Assembly: GCA_016208965.1 (NCBI GenBank)
Contig: JACQXB010000023.1
Location: 95,474 to 159,473 of the forward strand
Direction: 5' to 3'
Length of the DNA: 64,000 bases
Origin: Nitrospirota bacterium
Lineage (GTDB): Bacteria > Nitrospirota > Thermodesulfovibrionia > UBA6902 > DSMQ01
The notes beneath the pieces were generated by a model. The model did not search any database. It worked only from the letters and a program-made list of their open reading frames with translations, and was not told the DNA's origin. Below, one piece after another: positions 19,387 to 28,383 of the stretch. The translations under genes and the position numbers were made by a program. The first letter of the stretch is position 1. Every line of letters begins with the position of its first letter.

Positions 19387-20621
19387 TCAATTATCCCTCC
19401 ACCAATAACCACATCGCCATTGTAAAAGACAGCGCTCTGACCCGGGGTCAATGCCCACTGTGGTTTATCGAATTCTACCAGAACCCTCTCGCCATCTACA
19501 GGGATTATTGTTGCAGGCTCTTCCTTCATTGTGGAACGCACCTTTACCATTGCCTTTATTGGTTCAGAGAGTGCTTCTATTGAAACCCAGTTTAATTCCT
19601 TTGCCTTGAGGGTCTCTTTCACAGAGTCTTCTCTTCTACCTACCACAATTGTGTTATCATCCCTTTTAATATTTACCACATAAAGGGGTTTTGAAGACGC
19701 AATACCAAGCCTTTTACGCTGTCCTATTGTATAGTATGCAAGACCCTTGTGCTCACCAAGAACTTTACCTTCCATACTGACAATAAAACCAGGTCTTAGC
19801 GCATAAGGTGCAAACTCCTTTATGAAATCAATATATTCCCCGTTGCCAACAAAACATATCTCCTGACTCTCAGCCCTTAAGGCATTCACAAGCCCAAGCC
19901 TGCTGGCAATATTTCTTGTTTCGTCCTTTCTTAACTCTCCAAGAGGAAAGATTGTCCTTGAAAGTTCTTCCTGTGTCATTATGTACAGGACATAGGATTG
20001 GTCTTTTTTGGGGTCAACGCCTTTCAGTAACGAGTGACGAGTGACGAGTGACGAATATTGAATCTGGGAACTTGAGAAGTTAAGAAGTTGAGAAGTTAAG
20101 TCAGAGAGAGTTTTTTGTCCTTTCTTATCTTCAGAACTTCCTATCTTCTTATCTTCTGTCTTCTTAATCCTCGCATAATGCCCTGTAGCTATCATCTCAG
20201 CACCGAGTTCCTGAGCCTTCTTTAAGAGAAAATCGAACTTTATGAATTTATTGCAGAGTATGCATGGATTTGGGGTTAAACCTGAGATATAGGAACTGCA
20301 GAAGTCCTCAATCACATACTTAAAGAATGCATCGCGGACATCCACTGTGTAATGCTCTATACCAAGGCTTTCTGCTACCTGTTTCGCAATATTAATGGTC
20401 TCTATGGAACAGCATATATTTGGATTCTTTATATCTCGCTGGTCCCATAACTCAAAGCTAAGCCCTATTACCTCAAAACCCATTTCTTTCAATAGATAAG
20501 CGGATACAGAGGAATCAACCCCGCCGCTCATAGCAACAACTACTTTCACCCCGTTAGAAAGCTCAGGTATAACTTTAGACCTTACACTCAAAGGGTAAGA
20601 TTTTTTTCTAACGGGGTTCAC
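19383..20621 (-). CDS. mnmA: tRNA 2-thiouridine(34) synthase
   Basis: SGGVDSS PP-loop, ATGHYAR and KDQSY motifs. The probable true start is GTG at 20549 (VKVVVAMSGG). A repeat-derived insert of about 45 aa lies between GHYAR and KDQSY. Confidence 0.92.
   Translation of the reverse strand: MNPVRKKSYPLSVRSKVIPELSNGVKVVVAMSGGVDSSVSAYLLKEMGFEVIGLSFELWDQRDIKNPNICCSIETINIAKQVAESLGIEHYTVDVRDAFFKYVIEDFCSSYISGLTPNPCILCNKFIKFDFLLKKAQELGAEMIATGHYARIKKTEDKKIGSSEDKKGQKTLSDLTSQLLNFSSSQIQYSSLVTRHSLLKGVDPKKDQSYVLYIMTQEELSRTIFPLGELRKDETRNIASRLGLVNALRAESQEICFVGNGEYIDFIKEFAPYALRPGFIVSMEGKVLGEHKGLAYYTIGQRKRLGIASSKPLYVVNIKRDDNTIVVGRREDSVKETLKAKELNWVSIEALSEPIKAMVKVRSTMKEEPATIIPVDGERVLVEFDKPQWALTPGQSAVFYNGDVVIGGGIIE
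20026..20160. repeat. Low-complexity repeat block inserted in frame in mnmA
   Basis: (ACGAGTG)x3, then GAGAAGTTAAGAAGTTGAGAAGTTAAG...CTTATCTTCAGAACTTCCTATCTTCTTATCTTC. Same GAGAAGTT flavour as 26006-26098 and 57515-57592. Confidence 0.8.
20550..20617. repeat. CCCCGTTAGAA...TTCTAACGGGG element between murQ and mnmA
   Basis: CCCCGTTAGAAAGCTCAGG...GATTTTTTTCTAACGGGGTT. It yields the spurious N-terminal extension NPVRKK...SNGV on the mnmA ORF. Confidence 0.7.
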
Positions 20622-21553
20622 CTCAATGCCTCCCTGAGCATTCCGTCATACCTCATTAAAAGTCTTCTGGCTTCAGAGTAGCCTACTCCTTTAACCTTCA
20701 TCAAAATAGCCATCTTCACATTTCCCCTAGCCCTTTTTAGAATACCCTCTGCTTCCTCTTCTTTAACCCCTGTTACCTGTATGATTATATTTCTCGCCCT
20801 CTTCCATAATTTTTTATTTACAGGTTTTACATCAACCATCAGATTCTGATAGACCTTCCCGAGTTTAACCATTGACAGGGTTGAGATCATGTTTAATATA
20901 ACCTTTGTTGCAGTGCCTGACTTTAGCCGAGTAGAACCTGCAATAATCTCAGGCCCTACAAGAATATTTACCAATCCATTAACAAAAGAGGGCATTTGAA
21001 TCTTATTAAATGTAATAAGCCATGTCTCTGCCTTTTTCCTTTTTGCCTCTTTTAATGCTGAAAGAACAAATGGGGTCTTTCCGCTTGCAGAAATCCCTAT
21101 AACCATATCCTTATCTCCAATATTTTTACCTCTTATTGCCTTGATTGCTGATTTAACATCATCCTCTGCCTTTTCAATTGAAGAAAAAACCGCCTTTTTT
21201 CCCCCTGCTATAATCGCCTGAATTTTATTGTGAGATATACTAAATGTTGGGGGTATTTCTGATGCATCAATAACCCCTATTCGGCCGCTGGTGCCAGCTC
21301 CCACATAAAAAATCCTTCCGCCATTTTTGATGGTCTCTGCCACAGCGGTTATTATCTTCTCAATTGAGGACTTCTCCTTTAAAATTCCCTTTAACCCTTT
21401 AACCTCTTCATCAATAAAAAGCTCAATAGCTTTCCCTATGCTTATGGTATCGAGGAATTTAGAGCGAGGATTTATGCTTTCTGTAATGTCCATACCTACA
21501 ATTTTTATAATACCATAAGAACAATCCGAAAAATAGATATAGAAAGTTGTCAT
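20618..21553 (-). CDS. murQ: N-acetylmuramic acid 6-phosphate etherase
   Basis: SIS-domain pattern (GAGTSGRIG...GISASGKTP) and a C-terminal UBA-like tail. The probable start is ATG at 21493 (MDITESINPRS). Confidence 0.85.
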   Translation of the reverse strand: MTTFYIYFSDCSYGIIKIVGMDITESINPRSKFLDTISIGKAIELFIDEEVKGLKGILKEKSSIEKIITAVAETIKNGGRIFYVGAGTSGRIGVIDASEIPPTFSISHNKIQAIIAGGKKAVFSSIEKAEDDVKSAIKAIRGKNIGDKDMVIGISASGKTPFVLSALKEAKRKKAETWLITFNKIQMPSFVNGLVNILVGPEIIAGSTRLKSGTATKVILNMISTLSMVKLGKVYQNLMVDVKPVNKKLWKRARNIIIQVTGVKEEEAEGILKRARGNVKMAILMKVKGVGYSEARRLLMRYDGMLREALR

Positions 21554-21730
21554 TACGAGCAGGTCCCTCGCTTGTCATTGCGATGCCGAAACTTCGGCAG
21601 AAGCAATCTCGTTTGTCGCTCGGGATAAACTCCGCAATCTGACACAAAGTGTCATTCTGATGCCGAAGTTTCGGCAGAAGAATCTCTTTTGAGATTGCCA
21701 CGTCCCGAAATGTCGGGACTCGCAACGACC
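21548..21730. repeat. Cluster of GTCATT-type REP-like hairpin units
   Basis: GTCATTACGAGC..., GTCATTGCGATGCCGAAACTTCGGCAGAAGCAATCTC, GTCATTCTGATGCCGAAGTTTCGGCAGAAGAATCTC and CACGTCCCGAAATGTCGGGACTCGC. Confidence 0.75.
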
Positions 21731-21818
21731 TTTCAGGTCGAAACTTATTGAAGAGTCCAGAAAATATTTAATTAATACCTATAACAGGCTCCCTATCGCA
21801 CTTAGAAAAGGGCGAGGC

Positions 21819-22928
21819 ATGAAGGTGTGGAGCTCTGACGATAAAGAATATCTGGATTTTGTTGGTGGTATTGCTGTAAATTGCCTTGGACACTGCCATC
21901 CAAAGGTTGTGATAGCCATACAGAAACAGGCACAAAGGCTCATACATGTATCAAATCTCTATCATATAGAGCCGCAGATAAAGCTTGCCAAACTACTTAT
22001 TGAACATTCCTTTGCAGATAAGGCATTTTTCTGTAACTCAGGTGCAGAGGCAAATGAGGCAGCAATAAAACTTACAAGAAAGTATGCAAAGAACCATTTG
22101 GGGTATGACAGGTATGAGATCATAACTGCCCTTGGCTCTTTTCATGGCAGAACCCTCGCTACACTCAGTGCCACAGGCCAGGAAAAATTCCAGGAGGGGT
22201 TTGAGCCCCTTGTTCCAGGGTTCAAGCATGTGCCATTTAATGATATTTCGGCCCTGAAAAAAGCAATAACAAAACACACCTGTGCGGTAATGCTTGAACC
22301 AATTCAGGGAGAAGCCGGTGTTAAGATGCCCTCAGAGGGATATCTTAAAGAAGTCCGTCAGGTGTGCGATGAGCATGGACTTCTCCTTATCTTTGATGAG
22401 GTTCAAACAGGAATAGGAAGAACCGGCAAACTCTTTGCATACGAACATTTTGGCATAGAACCTGACATTATGACCCTTGCCAAGGGACTTGGTGGAGGAG
22501 TCGCGATTGGCGCAATGTTCGCGAAAGAGCATGTCGCCCAGTCATTTCAGCCCGGAAGTCATGCCTCAACATTTGGTGGGAATCCACTTGCATGCGCTGC
22601 AGCTATTGCCACAATAGAAACACTGCTTGAAGACGGTATTATTATGGATAACTGTAAACGTATGGGAAAATACTTTATGAAACAACTTGAGAGACTGAAA
22701 AAGGAATTCCCATCTATTATAGCAGGGGTAAAAGGACTTGGACTTATGATTGGAATGGAGCTCACAAAACCCTGCACCAGTATTGTTAATTCCTGTTTTG
22801 AGCAAGGAATTCTTATAAATTGCACAGCAGGTAATGTGCTCCGTTTTACCCCTCCTTTAATCGTCACAGAAAAAGATATTGACCGTCTTATTGATGTGTT
22901 TGAAGATATATTCGGGGAAATTGCTTAG
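21819..22928 (+). CDS. argD: Acetylornithine aminotransferase (class III PLP aminotransferase)
   Basis: GGIAVNCLGHCHP, DEVQTGIGRTG and TLAKGLGGG (PLP lysine) motifs, next to argF. Homology continues in frame upstream of this ATG (see finding). Confidence 0.9.
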   Translation: MKVWSSDDKEYLDFVGGIAVNCLGHCHPKVVIAIQKQAQRLIHVSNLYHIEPQIKLAKLLIEHSFADKAFFCNSGAEANEAAIKLTRKYAKNHLGYDRYEIITALGSFHGRTLATLSATGQEKFQEGFEPLVPGFKHVPFNDISALKKAITKHTCAVMLEPIQGEAGVKMPSEGYLKEVRQVCDEHGLLLIFDEVQTGIGRTGKLFAYEHFGIEPDIMTLAKGLGGGVAIGAMFAKEHVAQSFQPGSHASTFGGNPLACAAAIATIETLLEDGIIMDNCKRMGKYFMKQLERLKKEFPSIIAGVKGLGLMIGMELTKPCTSIVNSCFEQGILINCTAGNVLRFTPPLIVTEKDIDRLIDVFEDIFGEIA

Positions 22929-22943
22929 ATTATACCAAGGATA

Positions 22944-23846
22944 ATGAAAAGAGACTTTTTAACACTAAAGGATTTGTCCCGAGAGGAATTAGATGCACTC
23001 CTTAAGAAGGCGTCTGAGCTTAAATCAGGTAAAGATGCCAATCAGTGTCCACTTATAGGTAAAAGCATAGGGCTTCTGTTTGAAAAGGCATCTACCCGCA
23101 CAAGGATATCCTTTCAGGTAGGGATATATGAGCTCGGTGCACAGGCAATATATCTTAATCCCAGCGAGATACAGCTTGGCAGGGGAGAAACCATTGAAGA
23201 TACCGCAAGGGTTCTTTCAAGGTATCTTCAGGGAATTATAATAAGGACATTTACCCATCAAAAATTAGAGAGGTTTGCTCAAAATTCTGCCATCCCTGTA
23301 ATTAATGGTCTTACAGATTTGCACCATCCATGCCAGGCACTTGCAGACCTTCTGACAATAAAAGAGAAAAAGGGAAGGCTTAAAGGTGTGCATCTTACAT
23401 ATATAGGAGATGGCAATAATGTTGCTAACTCACTTATAGAAGCATCTGCGATGACAGGGATCCACTTCACCATCGCTTGTCCGAAGGGATATGAACCTAA
23501 TAGTACAATTTATAAAAAAGCCCGTTCCGAGGGCGCCATAGTGAAAATTGTGAGAAACCCTAAAGAGGCTGCTAAGGCTGCTGATGTGCTTTATGCAGAT
23601 GTATGGGTAAGCATGGGACAGGAGAAAGAGTCAGCAAAAAGGGAGAAGTTGTTTAAGGGTTATCAGTTAAACAAAAGGCTTCTCAAACTTGCAAAGCCTG
23701 ATGCGATCGTTATGCACTGCCTGCCTGCACACAGAGGTGAAGAGATAACAGATGAGGCAATTGATTCGCCTCAGAGCGTTGTCTTTGATCAGGCTGAAAA
23801 CAGGCTGCACACGCAAAAAGCACTACTTGAGTTATTAATTAAATAA
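22944..23846 (+). CDS. argF: Ornithine carbamoyltransferase
   Basis: STRTR, HPCQ, DVWVSMG and HCLPA motifs. Confidence 0.93.
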   Translation: MKRDFLTLKDLSREELDALLKKASELKSGKDANQCPLIGKSIGLLFEKASTRTRISFQVGIYELGAQAIYLNPSEIQLGRGETIEDTARVLSRYLQGIIIRTFTHQKLERFAQNSAIPVINGLTDLHHPCQALADLLTIKEKKGRLKGVHLTYIGDGNNVANSLIEASAMTGIHFTIACPKGYEPNSTIYKKARSEGAIVKIVRNPKEAAKAADVLYADVWVSMGQEKESAKREKLFKGYQLNKRLLKLAKPDAIVMHCLPAHRGEEITDEAIDSPQSVVFDQAENRLHTQKALLELLIK

Positions 23847-23869
23847 AACTTTGAATTAGCTTTTCAAAA

Positions 23870-23899
23870 TTGACTTTTCCCTGAATTTCAAGATATATT
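23870..23899 (+). promoter_or_regulatory. Candidate sigma-70 promoter of the por operon
   Basis: TTGACT (23870-23875), then 17-18 nt, then ATATAT/TATATT. About 60 nt upstream of porG, which has a GGAGG RBS. Confidence 0.4.
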
Positions 23900-23960
23900 A
23901 AGTCTCTCTTTTTCTAACTAAACAAAAGAGCCTTGCAACAGTTTTTTTTGGAGGAAAAAC

Positions 23961-24536
23961 ATGGAGAAGATGATAGAGATTCTATGGCATGGCAGAGGCG
24001 GACAGGGGACAGTTACTGCCGCAAAGGTTTTAGCTAATGCATGCCTTAGTGGTGGAAGGCATGTTCAGGCTTTCCCAGAGTATGGACCTGAACGGTCAGG
24101 GGCGCCATTAAGGGCATTTAACAGAATAAGCTCGGGTGAGATCAGAATGCACTGCCCTGTGCTCCATCCACATATAGTCGGTATAGTTGACGCTACACTT
24201 CTGGATGGAATTAATGTCTCTGAGGGTACAAGAGATAATACGGTATTTATCGTGAATACATCAAAGGAGCCGGGAGAAATAAGAGAGAAACTAAATGCAA
24301 AACCCACACAAACTGTATTCACAGTTGATGCCACAAAAATAGCTATTGATTGCATTGGAAGGGCATTACCAAATTCTACTATGCTTGGTGCTCTTTGTAA
24401 GGCAATAAATCTTATTTCTCTGGAGACCATTTTAGAAGATGTCAGGAAAAGTTTCGGGAAAAAATTCTCTCAAAAAATCATTGATGGAAACCTTGAAGCC
24501 ACAAAGCGTGGATATGAGGAGGTAAAAGAAGGATGA
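23961..24536 (+). CDS. porG: Pyruvate (2-oxoacid):ferredoxin oxidoreductase, gamma subunit
   Basis: GRGGQGTVTAAKVLA N-terminus and the gamma-delta-alpha-beta gene order. Confidence 0.88.
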   Translation: MEKMIEILWHGRGGQGTVTAAKVLANACLSGGRHVQAFPEYGPERSGAPLRAFNRISSGEIRMHCPVLHPHIVGIVDATLLDGINVSEGTRDNTVFIVNTSKEPGEIREKLNAKPTQTVFTVDATKIAIDCIGRALPNSTMLGALCKAINLISLETILEDVRKSFGKKFSQKIIDGNLEATKRGYEEVKEG

Positions 24537-24826
24537 AAATTCCCGGATGGAAAGAACTTACACCTGGGGCTGTAATCCTTCAGGCAGGAAACGCTACAGA
24601 ATTCAAGACAGGCTCGTGGAGGTCATTGAAACCTAAATGGAAGGAAGAAAATTGTATTCAATGCCTGTTTTGCTGGATTTATTGCCCTGATATGTCTATT
24701 AAAGTAAAAGACGGTAAGAGAGGAGAATTCGATTATGACTTCTGCAAGGGCTGCGGTATCTGTGCTCTTGAATGTCCCGGGAAAAAAGGAAAGAAGGCAA
24801 TTGTTATGGAAGAGGAGGACAAATAA
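24533..24826 (+). CDS. porD: Pyruvate:ferredoxin oxidoreductase, delta subunit (2x[4Fe-4S] ferredoxin)
   Basis: CIQCLFCWIYCP and CKGCGICALECP cluster motifs. Confidence 0.9.
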   Translation: MKIPGWKELTPGAVILQAGNATEFKTGSWRSLKPKWKEENCIQCLFCWIYCPDMSIKVKDGKRGEFDYDFCKGCGICALECPGKKGKKAIVMEEEDK

Positions 24827-26004
24827 TGGGAAAGATAGTTGCAGCTACAGGAAATGAGGCAGTTGCAGAGGCATTAAGACAGATAAATCCTGATGTATGT
24901 GCTGCCTATCCTATAACTCCACAGACAGACATGATGCAGAGGTTTGCAAGTTTTGTCTCTGACGGAAAGGTTGATACGGAGATCATGCTTGTTGAAAGTG
25001 AACACAGTGCAATGAGTGCATGTATAGGCGCATCAGCAGGTGGTGGAAGGGTTGCAACAGCTACATCTGGTCCAGGGCTCGCCCTTATGTGGGAGATGCT
25101 CTATGTTGCTTCAGGCATGAGGCTTCCCATAGTGATGCCTGTAGTAAACAGGTCTCTCTCTGCACCATTAAACATCCACGGTGACCATTCTGATGCCATG
25201 GGTGCAAGGGACTCAGGATGGATACAACTCTGGTCAGAGAATGCACAGGAAGCATACGATAATACAATACAGGCATTCAGGATTGGAGAACACATGGATA
25301 TAAGGCTCCCTGTAATGGTATGTCTTGATGGATTTATCATAAGCCATTCTATTGAGAGAATGGAGTATCTTGATGATAATGTTGTAAAGGCATTTGTCAG
25401 GGAATATAAATCATTGAATCCTCTCCTTGATGTAGAAAACCCAAAAAGCATTGGTCCACTAATACTTCCTGACCTTTATCATGAATATAAAAGGGCACAG
25501 CATGAAGTCATGACAAAGGTAAAAGATGTGGTGCTTGATGTTGCAGAGGATTTCAAAAAGATAAGCGGAAGGAGTTATGGCTTATTTGAGACATACAGGC
25601 TTGATGATGCAGAAATAGCCGTTGTGATATTAAACTCTGCTGCCGGAACAGCAAAGGACATCGTGGATGAATTCAGGGAGAAAGGTATTAAGGCAGGTTT
25701 ATTGAAACCCCGACTTTTCAGACCCTTCCCGTATGAAGAGGTTGCCCATGCATTAAAGAACCTTAAGGCAGTATGTATTATGGACAGGGCGGATTCTTTT
25801 GGTGGATATGGTCCTCTTTTCATGGAGGTAAGTTCTGCACTTTATCCTCTTAACGACAGGCCGATAATGATAAATAAGATATATGGACTTGGTGGGAGGG
25901 ATTTCATGCCCCAGCATGCAGAGATTGTATTGGATGAACTTGTGGAGATTGTTAAAACAGGGAAATTTAAAACCATCAAAGAATATATTGGAGTTAGAGA
26001 ATAA
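24826..26004 (+). CDS. porA: Pyruvate:ferredoxin oxidoreductase, alpha subunit
   Basis: MGKIVAATGNEAVAEA...AYPITPQT pattern. Start taken at the TAATG overlap with porD, preceded by GGAGGAGG. The track ORF start at 24772 is upstream read-through. Confidence 0.92.
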   Translation: MGKIVAATGNEAVAEALRQINPDVCAAYPITPQTDMMQRFASFVSDGKVDTEIMLVESEHSAMSACIGASAGGGRVATATSGPGLALMWEMLYVASGMRLPIVMPVVNRSLSAPLNIHGDHSDAMGARDSGWIQLWSENAQEAYDNTIQAFRIGEHMDIRLPVMVCLDGFIISHSIERMEYLDDNVVKAFVREYKSLNPLLDVENPKSIGPLILPDLYHEYKRAQHEVMTKVKDVVLDVAEDFKKISGRSYGLFETYRLDDAEIAVVILNSAAGTAKDIVDEFREKGIKAGLLKPRLFRPFPYEEVAHALKNLKAVCIMDRADSFGGYGPLFMEVSSALYPLNDRPIMINKIYGLGGRDFMPQHAEIVLDELVEIVKTGKFKTIKEYIGVRE

Positions 26005-26005
26005 A

Positions 26006-26098
26006 AAAAACAAGAAGCTGAGAAGTTGAGAGATTGAGAAGTTATGATTCTTAACTTCTTATCTTCCTATTTTCTCAACTTCAATTAAGAATAAAGTG
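26006..26098. repeat. Low-complexity tandem-oligomer hairpin (GAGAAGTT/AACTTCT arms) between porA and porB
   Basis: GCTGAGAAGTTGAGAGATTGAGAAGTTA-TGATTC-TTAACTTCTTATCTTCCTATTTTCTCAACTTC. Confidence 0.8.
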
Positions 26099-26107
26099 AG
26101 GGAATAA

Positions 26108-27058
26108 ATGGAAACAACACCGCTTAGATTAAAAGAGCTTTCTAAGAAAGAGGTTTTATTAACAGCAGGTCACAGGATGTGCTCGGGATGTGGAGCACCT
26201 ATTATTGTAAAAATGGTTCTTCTCGCATCGGAGTATCCAGTAGTTGCATGCTCTTCAACAGGATGTCTTGAGGTATCATCATGCATTTCTCTGCTTACAG
26301 CATGGAAAATCCCGTGGATACATAGCGCCTTTGAGAACGCTGCTGCCACCATTGCAGGGACTGAGACGATGTACAGGGCACTAAAAAAACAAGGCAGGAT
26401 AGATAAGGAGATTAAATTCATCACTTTCTGTGGAGACGGCGGCACATATGACATAGGATTTCAGAGCCTTTCAGGTGCAATGGAGAGAGGGCATGACATG
26501 CTTTATATCTGCTATGACAACGGCGCATACATGAACACAGGTATTCAGCGCTCAAGCGCAACACCTTATGGTGCTGATACAACTACATGCCCGGCAGGTA
26601 GTGTTGTGCCCGGAAAACTGCAAAAGAGAAAAGACCTTACAAAGATAATGGCTGCACACAATATTCCTTATGTTGCACAGGCATCCCCAAGCCACTGGCT
26701 TGATTTGATGAAAAAGGTAAGGAAGGCGATTGAGATAAAAGGACCGAAATTCATGAATATAATTGCCCCGTGCAACCGTGGGTGGCGCTCAATGACTAAT
26801 GATGCAATACTTTTAAGTAGACTTGCTGTTGAGACATGCTACTGGCCATTATATGAAGTTGAACATGGTATTACGAAAATTACAGTTACACCAAAAGAAA
26901 AAAAACCGGTTATAGATTTCTTAAAACTGCAGGGTAGGTTCAAGCATCTATTCGCCCCTGAGAATGAATGGATGCTTAAGAAGATTCAGGAAGATATAGA
27001 TAAAGACTGGGAACTGCTTCTGAAAGCCGCTGTAACCGAGAAAGAAGAAGAAAAGTAG
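26108..27058 (+). CDS. porB: Pyruvate:ferredoxin oxidoreductase, beta subunit (TPP-binding)
   Basis: GHRMCSGCG cysteine motif and the GDGG..DIGFQ TPP-binding block. Confidence 0.92.
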   Translation: METTPLRLKELSKKEVLLTAGHRMCSGCGAPIIVKMVLLASEYPVVACSSTGCLEVSSCISLLTAWKIPWIHSAFENAAATIAGTETMYRALKKQGRIDKEIKFITFCGDGGTYDIGFQSLSGAMERGHDMLYICYDNGAYMNTGIQRSSATPYGADTTTCPAGSVVPGKLQKRKDLTKIMAAHNIPYVAQASPSHWLDLMKKVRKAIEIKGPKFMNIIAPCNRGWRSMTNDAILLSRLAVETCYWPLYEVEHGITKITVTPKEKKPVIDFLKLQGRFKHLFAPENEWMLKKIQEDIDKDWELLLKAAVTEKEEEK

Positions 27059-27097
27059 TTTAATATTTCCATTGACCCCTCTATAAATAATAGTTCT

Positions 27098-27517
27098 CTA
27101 AGGCGTTACTACCAGCACAGGGCAAGGGGCTTGTTTTATAACCCTTTCCACGACATTGTCGCCAAGGATTCTTCTGAACCAACTTCGCCTGGGAGTACCC
27201 ATGATTATAATGTCGCATCTTTCTTCGTGGGCTACTTCTATGATTTTTTTATGTGCCTCGCCCTCTTCAATTCTTGTCTTAATGAGTGCCATCTCTGCCT
27301 CAGCAATATTATCTATCTCAGAGATGGCTTTTTTGCTTTCTGAAGCAAGAACGTCTCTGATATTTTTAATCCCGGTCAGGTCAAGGTCGCCTTCATATGG
27401 GGGAACCACCTTTATTACTGTAATCCATGTCTTTTCATCGGACGCAAGTTTAAGTCCATGATACAGGGGTTCCTTGCAGCCGTTAACAGCAATGAGAATC
27501 TTTCTGCAGCCTCTCAT
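27098..27517 (-). CDS. Universal stress protein (single USP domain)
   Basis: KILIAVNG...IIIMGTPRRSWFRRILGDNVVERVIKQAPCPVLVV USP pattern. Confidence 0.8.
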   Translation of the reverse strand: MRGCRKILIAVNGCKEPLYHGLKLASDEKTWITVIKVVPPYEGDLDLTGIKNIRDVLASESKKAISEIDNIAEAEMALIKTRIEEGEAHKKIIEVAHEERCDIIIMGTPRRSWFRRILGDNVVERVIKQAPCPVLVVTP

Positions 27518-27524
27518 CCCTCAA

Positions 27525-28382
27525 TCACCTCACACAAAGCACAGGGCAGGCTGCATTGGCTATTACCCTTTCCGTAGTGCTCCCCATAATTGCCTTGTCA
27601 ATGCCTCTGTAACCATACGGCCCCATAATAATGAGGTCGTTTTTCTGTTTCTCTGCTGTTTCAATGATGTTTTCTGCGGCATTGCCTTCCTTAATTTCAG
27701 TTTTTATGGATATGCCCTGCCCGGAAGCCATGTCTTTGGCCGAGGCTAATACTTTTTCCGCCTCGTTATACAGGCTTTTTCTTATTGCGCCGGTCATGAA
27801 GAACTCTACCATCTCCTCATATCTCGGGATGACATATAGGACATTTATTTCCGCTCCGTCAATCTTTGAGAGTTCAAATGCGCGGTTCAGGGATTTTTTG
27901 CTGTAAATCGAGCCGTCAAACGGGAGAAGTATCGAGCCATACCTTCCTGTGCATTCGGAGCATGGTTTTTTTACTACCAATACATCACACGGGGAGTTCA
28001 CAATTATGCTTGATGTGACGCTTCCCATTAAAAGCCTCTTTAAACCCTTTCTGCCATAAGTGCCAAGAGCTATGAGGTCCGCTTTTTTGCCTTGTGCGAT
28101 TTCAACAATAACCTCAGGCGGCTCTCCCTCACATATAAGGGACTCTATATTTATACCCAGTTCCGATGTTATATCTTCCTGTGCCTGGTAGCATATCCTT
28201 TTGCCGACCTTCGCGCGTCTTTCCAATTGTTCCGGAACAGTTGCGAACTCTTCGGCATCGAAATATATGGCATGAACGAGGATGATTTTCCCACCGTGCC
28301 TTTTTACCCAGCTTGATGCCTCTTTCAGCGCCGCTTTGCTGAATAACGATTCGTCAAAGCCTACCAGAATAGTCTCGTACAT
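27525..28382 (-). CDS. Tandem universal stress protein (two USP domains)
   Basis: Two repeats each ending in G(S/Y)xG...GS(V/T)T..(V/I)...CPVL(V/C)V. Start chosen at ATG 28382 (MYETILVGFDES), preceded by GGAGG. Confidence 0.8.
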   Translation of the reverse strand: MYETILVGFDESLFSKAALKEASSWVKRHGGKIILVHAIYFDAEEFATVPEQLERRAKVGKRICYQAQEDITSELGINIESLICEGEPPEVIVEIAQGKKADLIALGTYGRKGLKRLLMGSVTSSIIVNSPCDVLVVKKPCSECTGRYGSILLPFDGSIYSKKSLNRAFELSKIDGAEINVLYVIPRYEEMVEFFMTGAIRKSLYNEAEKVLASAKDMASGQGISIKTEIKEGNAAENIIETAEKQKNDLIIMGPYGYRGIDKAIMGSTTERVIANAACPVLCVR

Positions 28383-28383
28383 A

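Noticed and set aside
20550-20621. mnmA N-terminal extension MNPVRKKSYPLSVRSKVIPELSNG.
   Set aside because: It is encoded by the CCCCGTTAGAA palindromic element. GTG at 20549 gives the canonical (M)KVVVAMSGGVDSS start. Retained only as a note because the RBS is weak.
21459-21725. 88-aa minus-strand ORF between murQ and argD.
   Set aside because: It consists of translated REP-like units (…CQIAEFIPSDKRDCFCRSFGIAMTSEG…) and overlaps the murQ 5' region. No coding signal.
24772-24825. Upstream start of the porA ORF overlapping porD.
   Set aside because: The ATG at 24826 forms a TAATG stop/start overlap with porD, is preceded by GGAGGAGG, and begins the conserved MGKIVAATGNEAV N-terminus.
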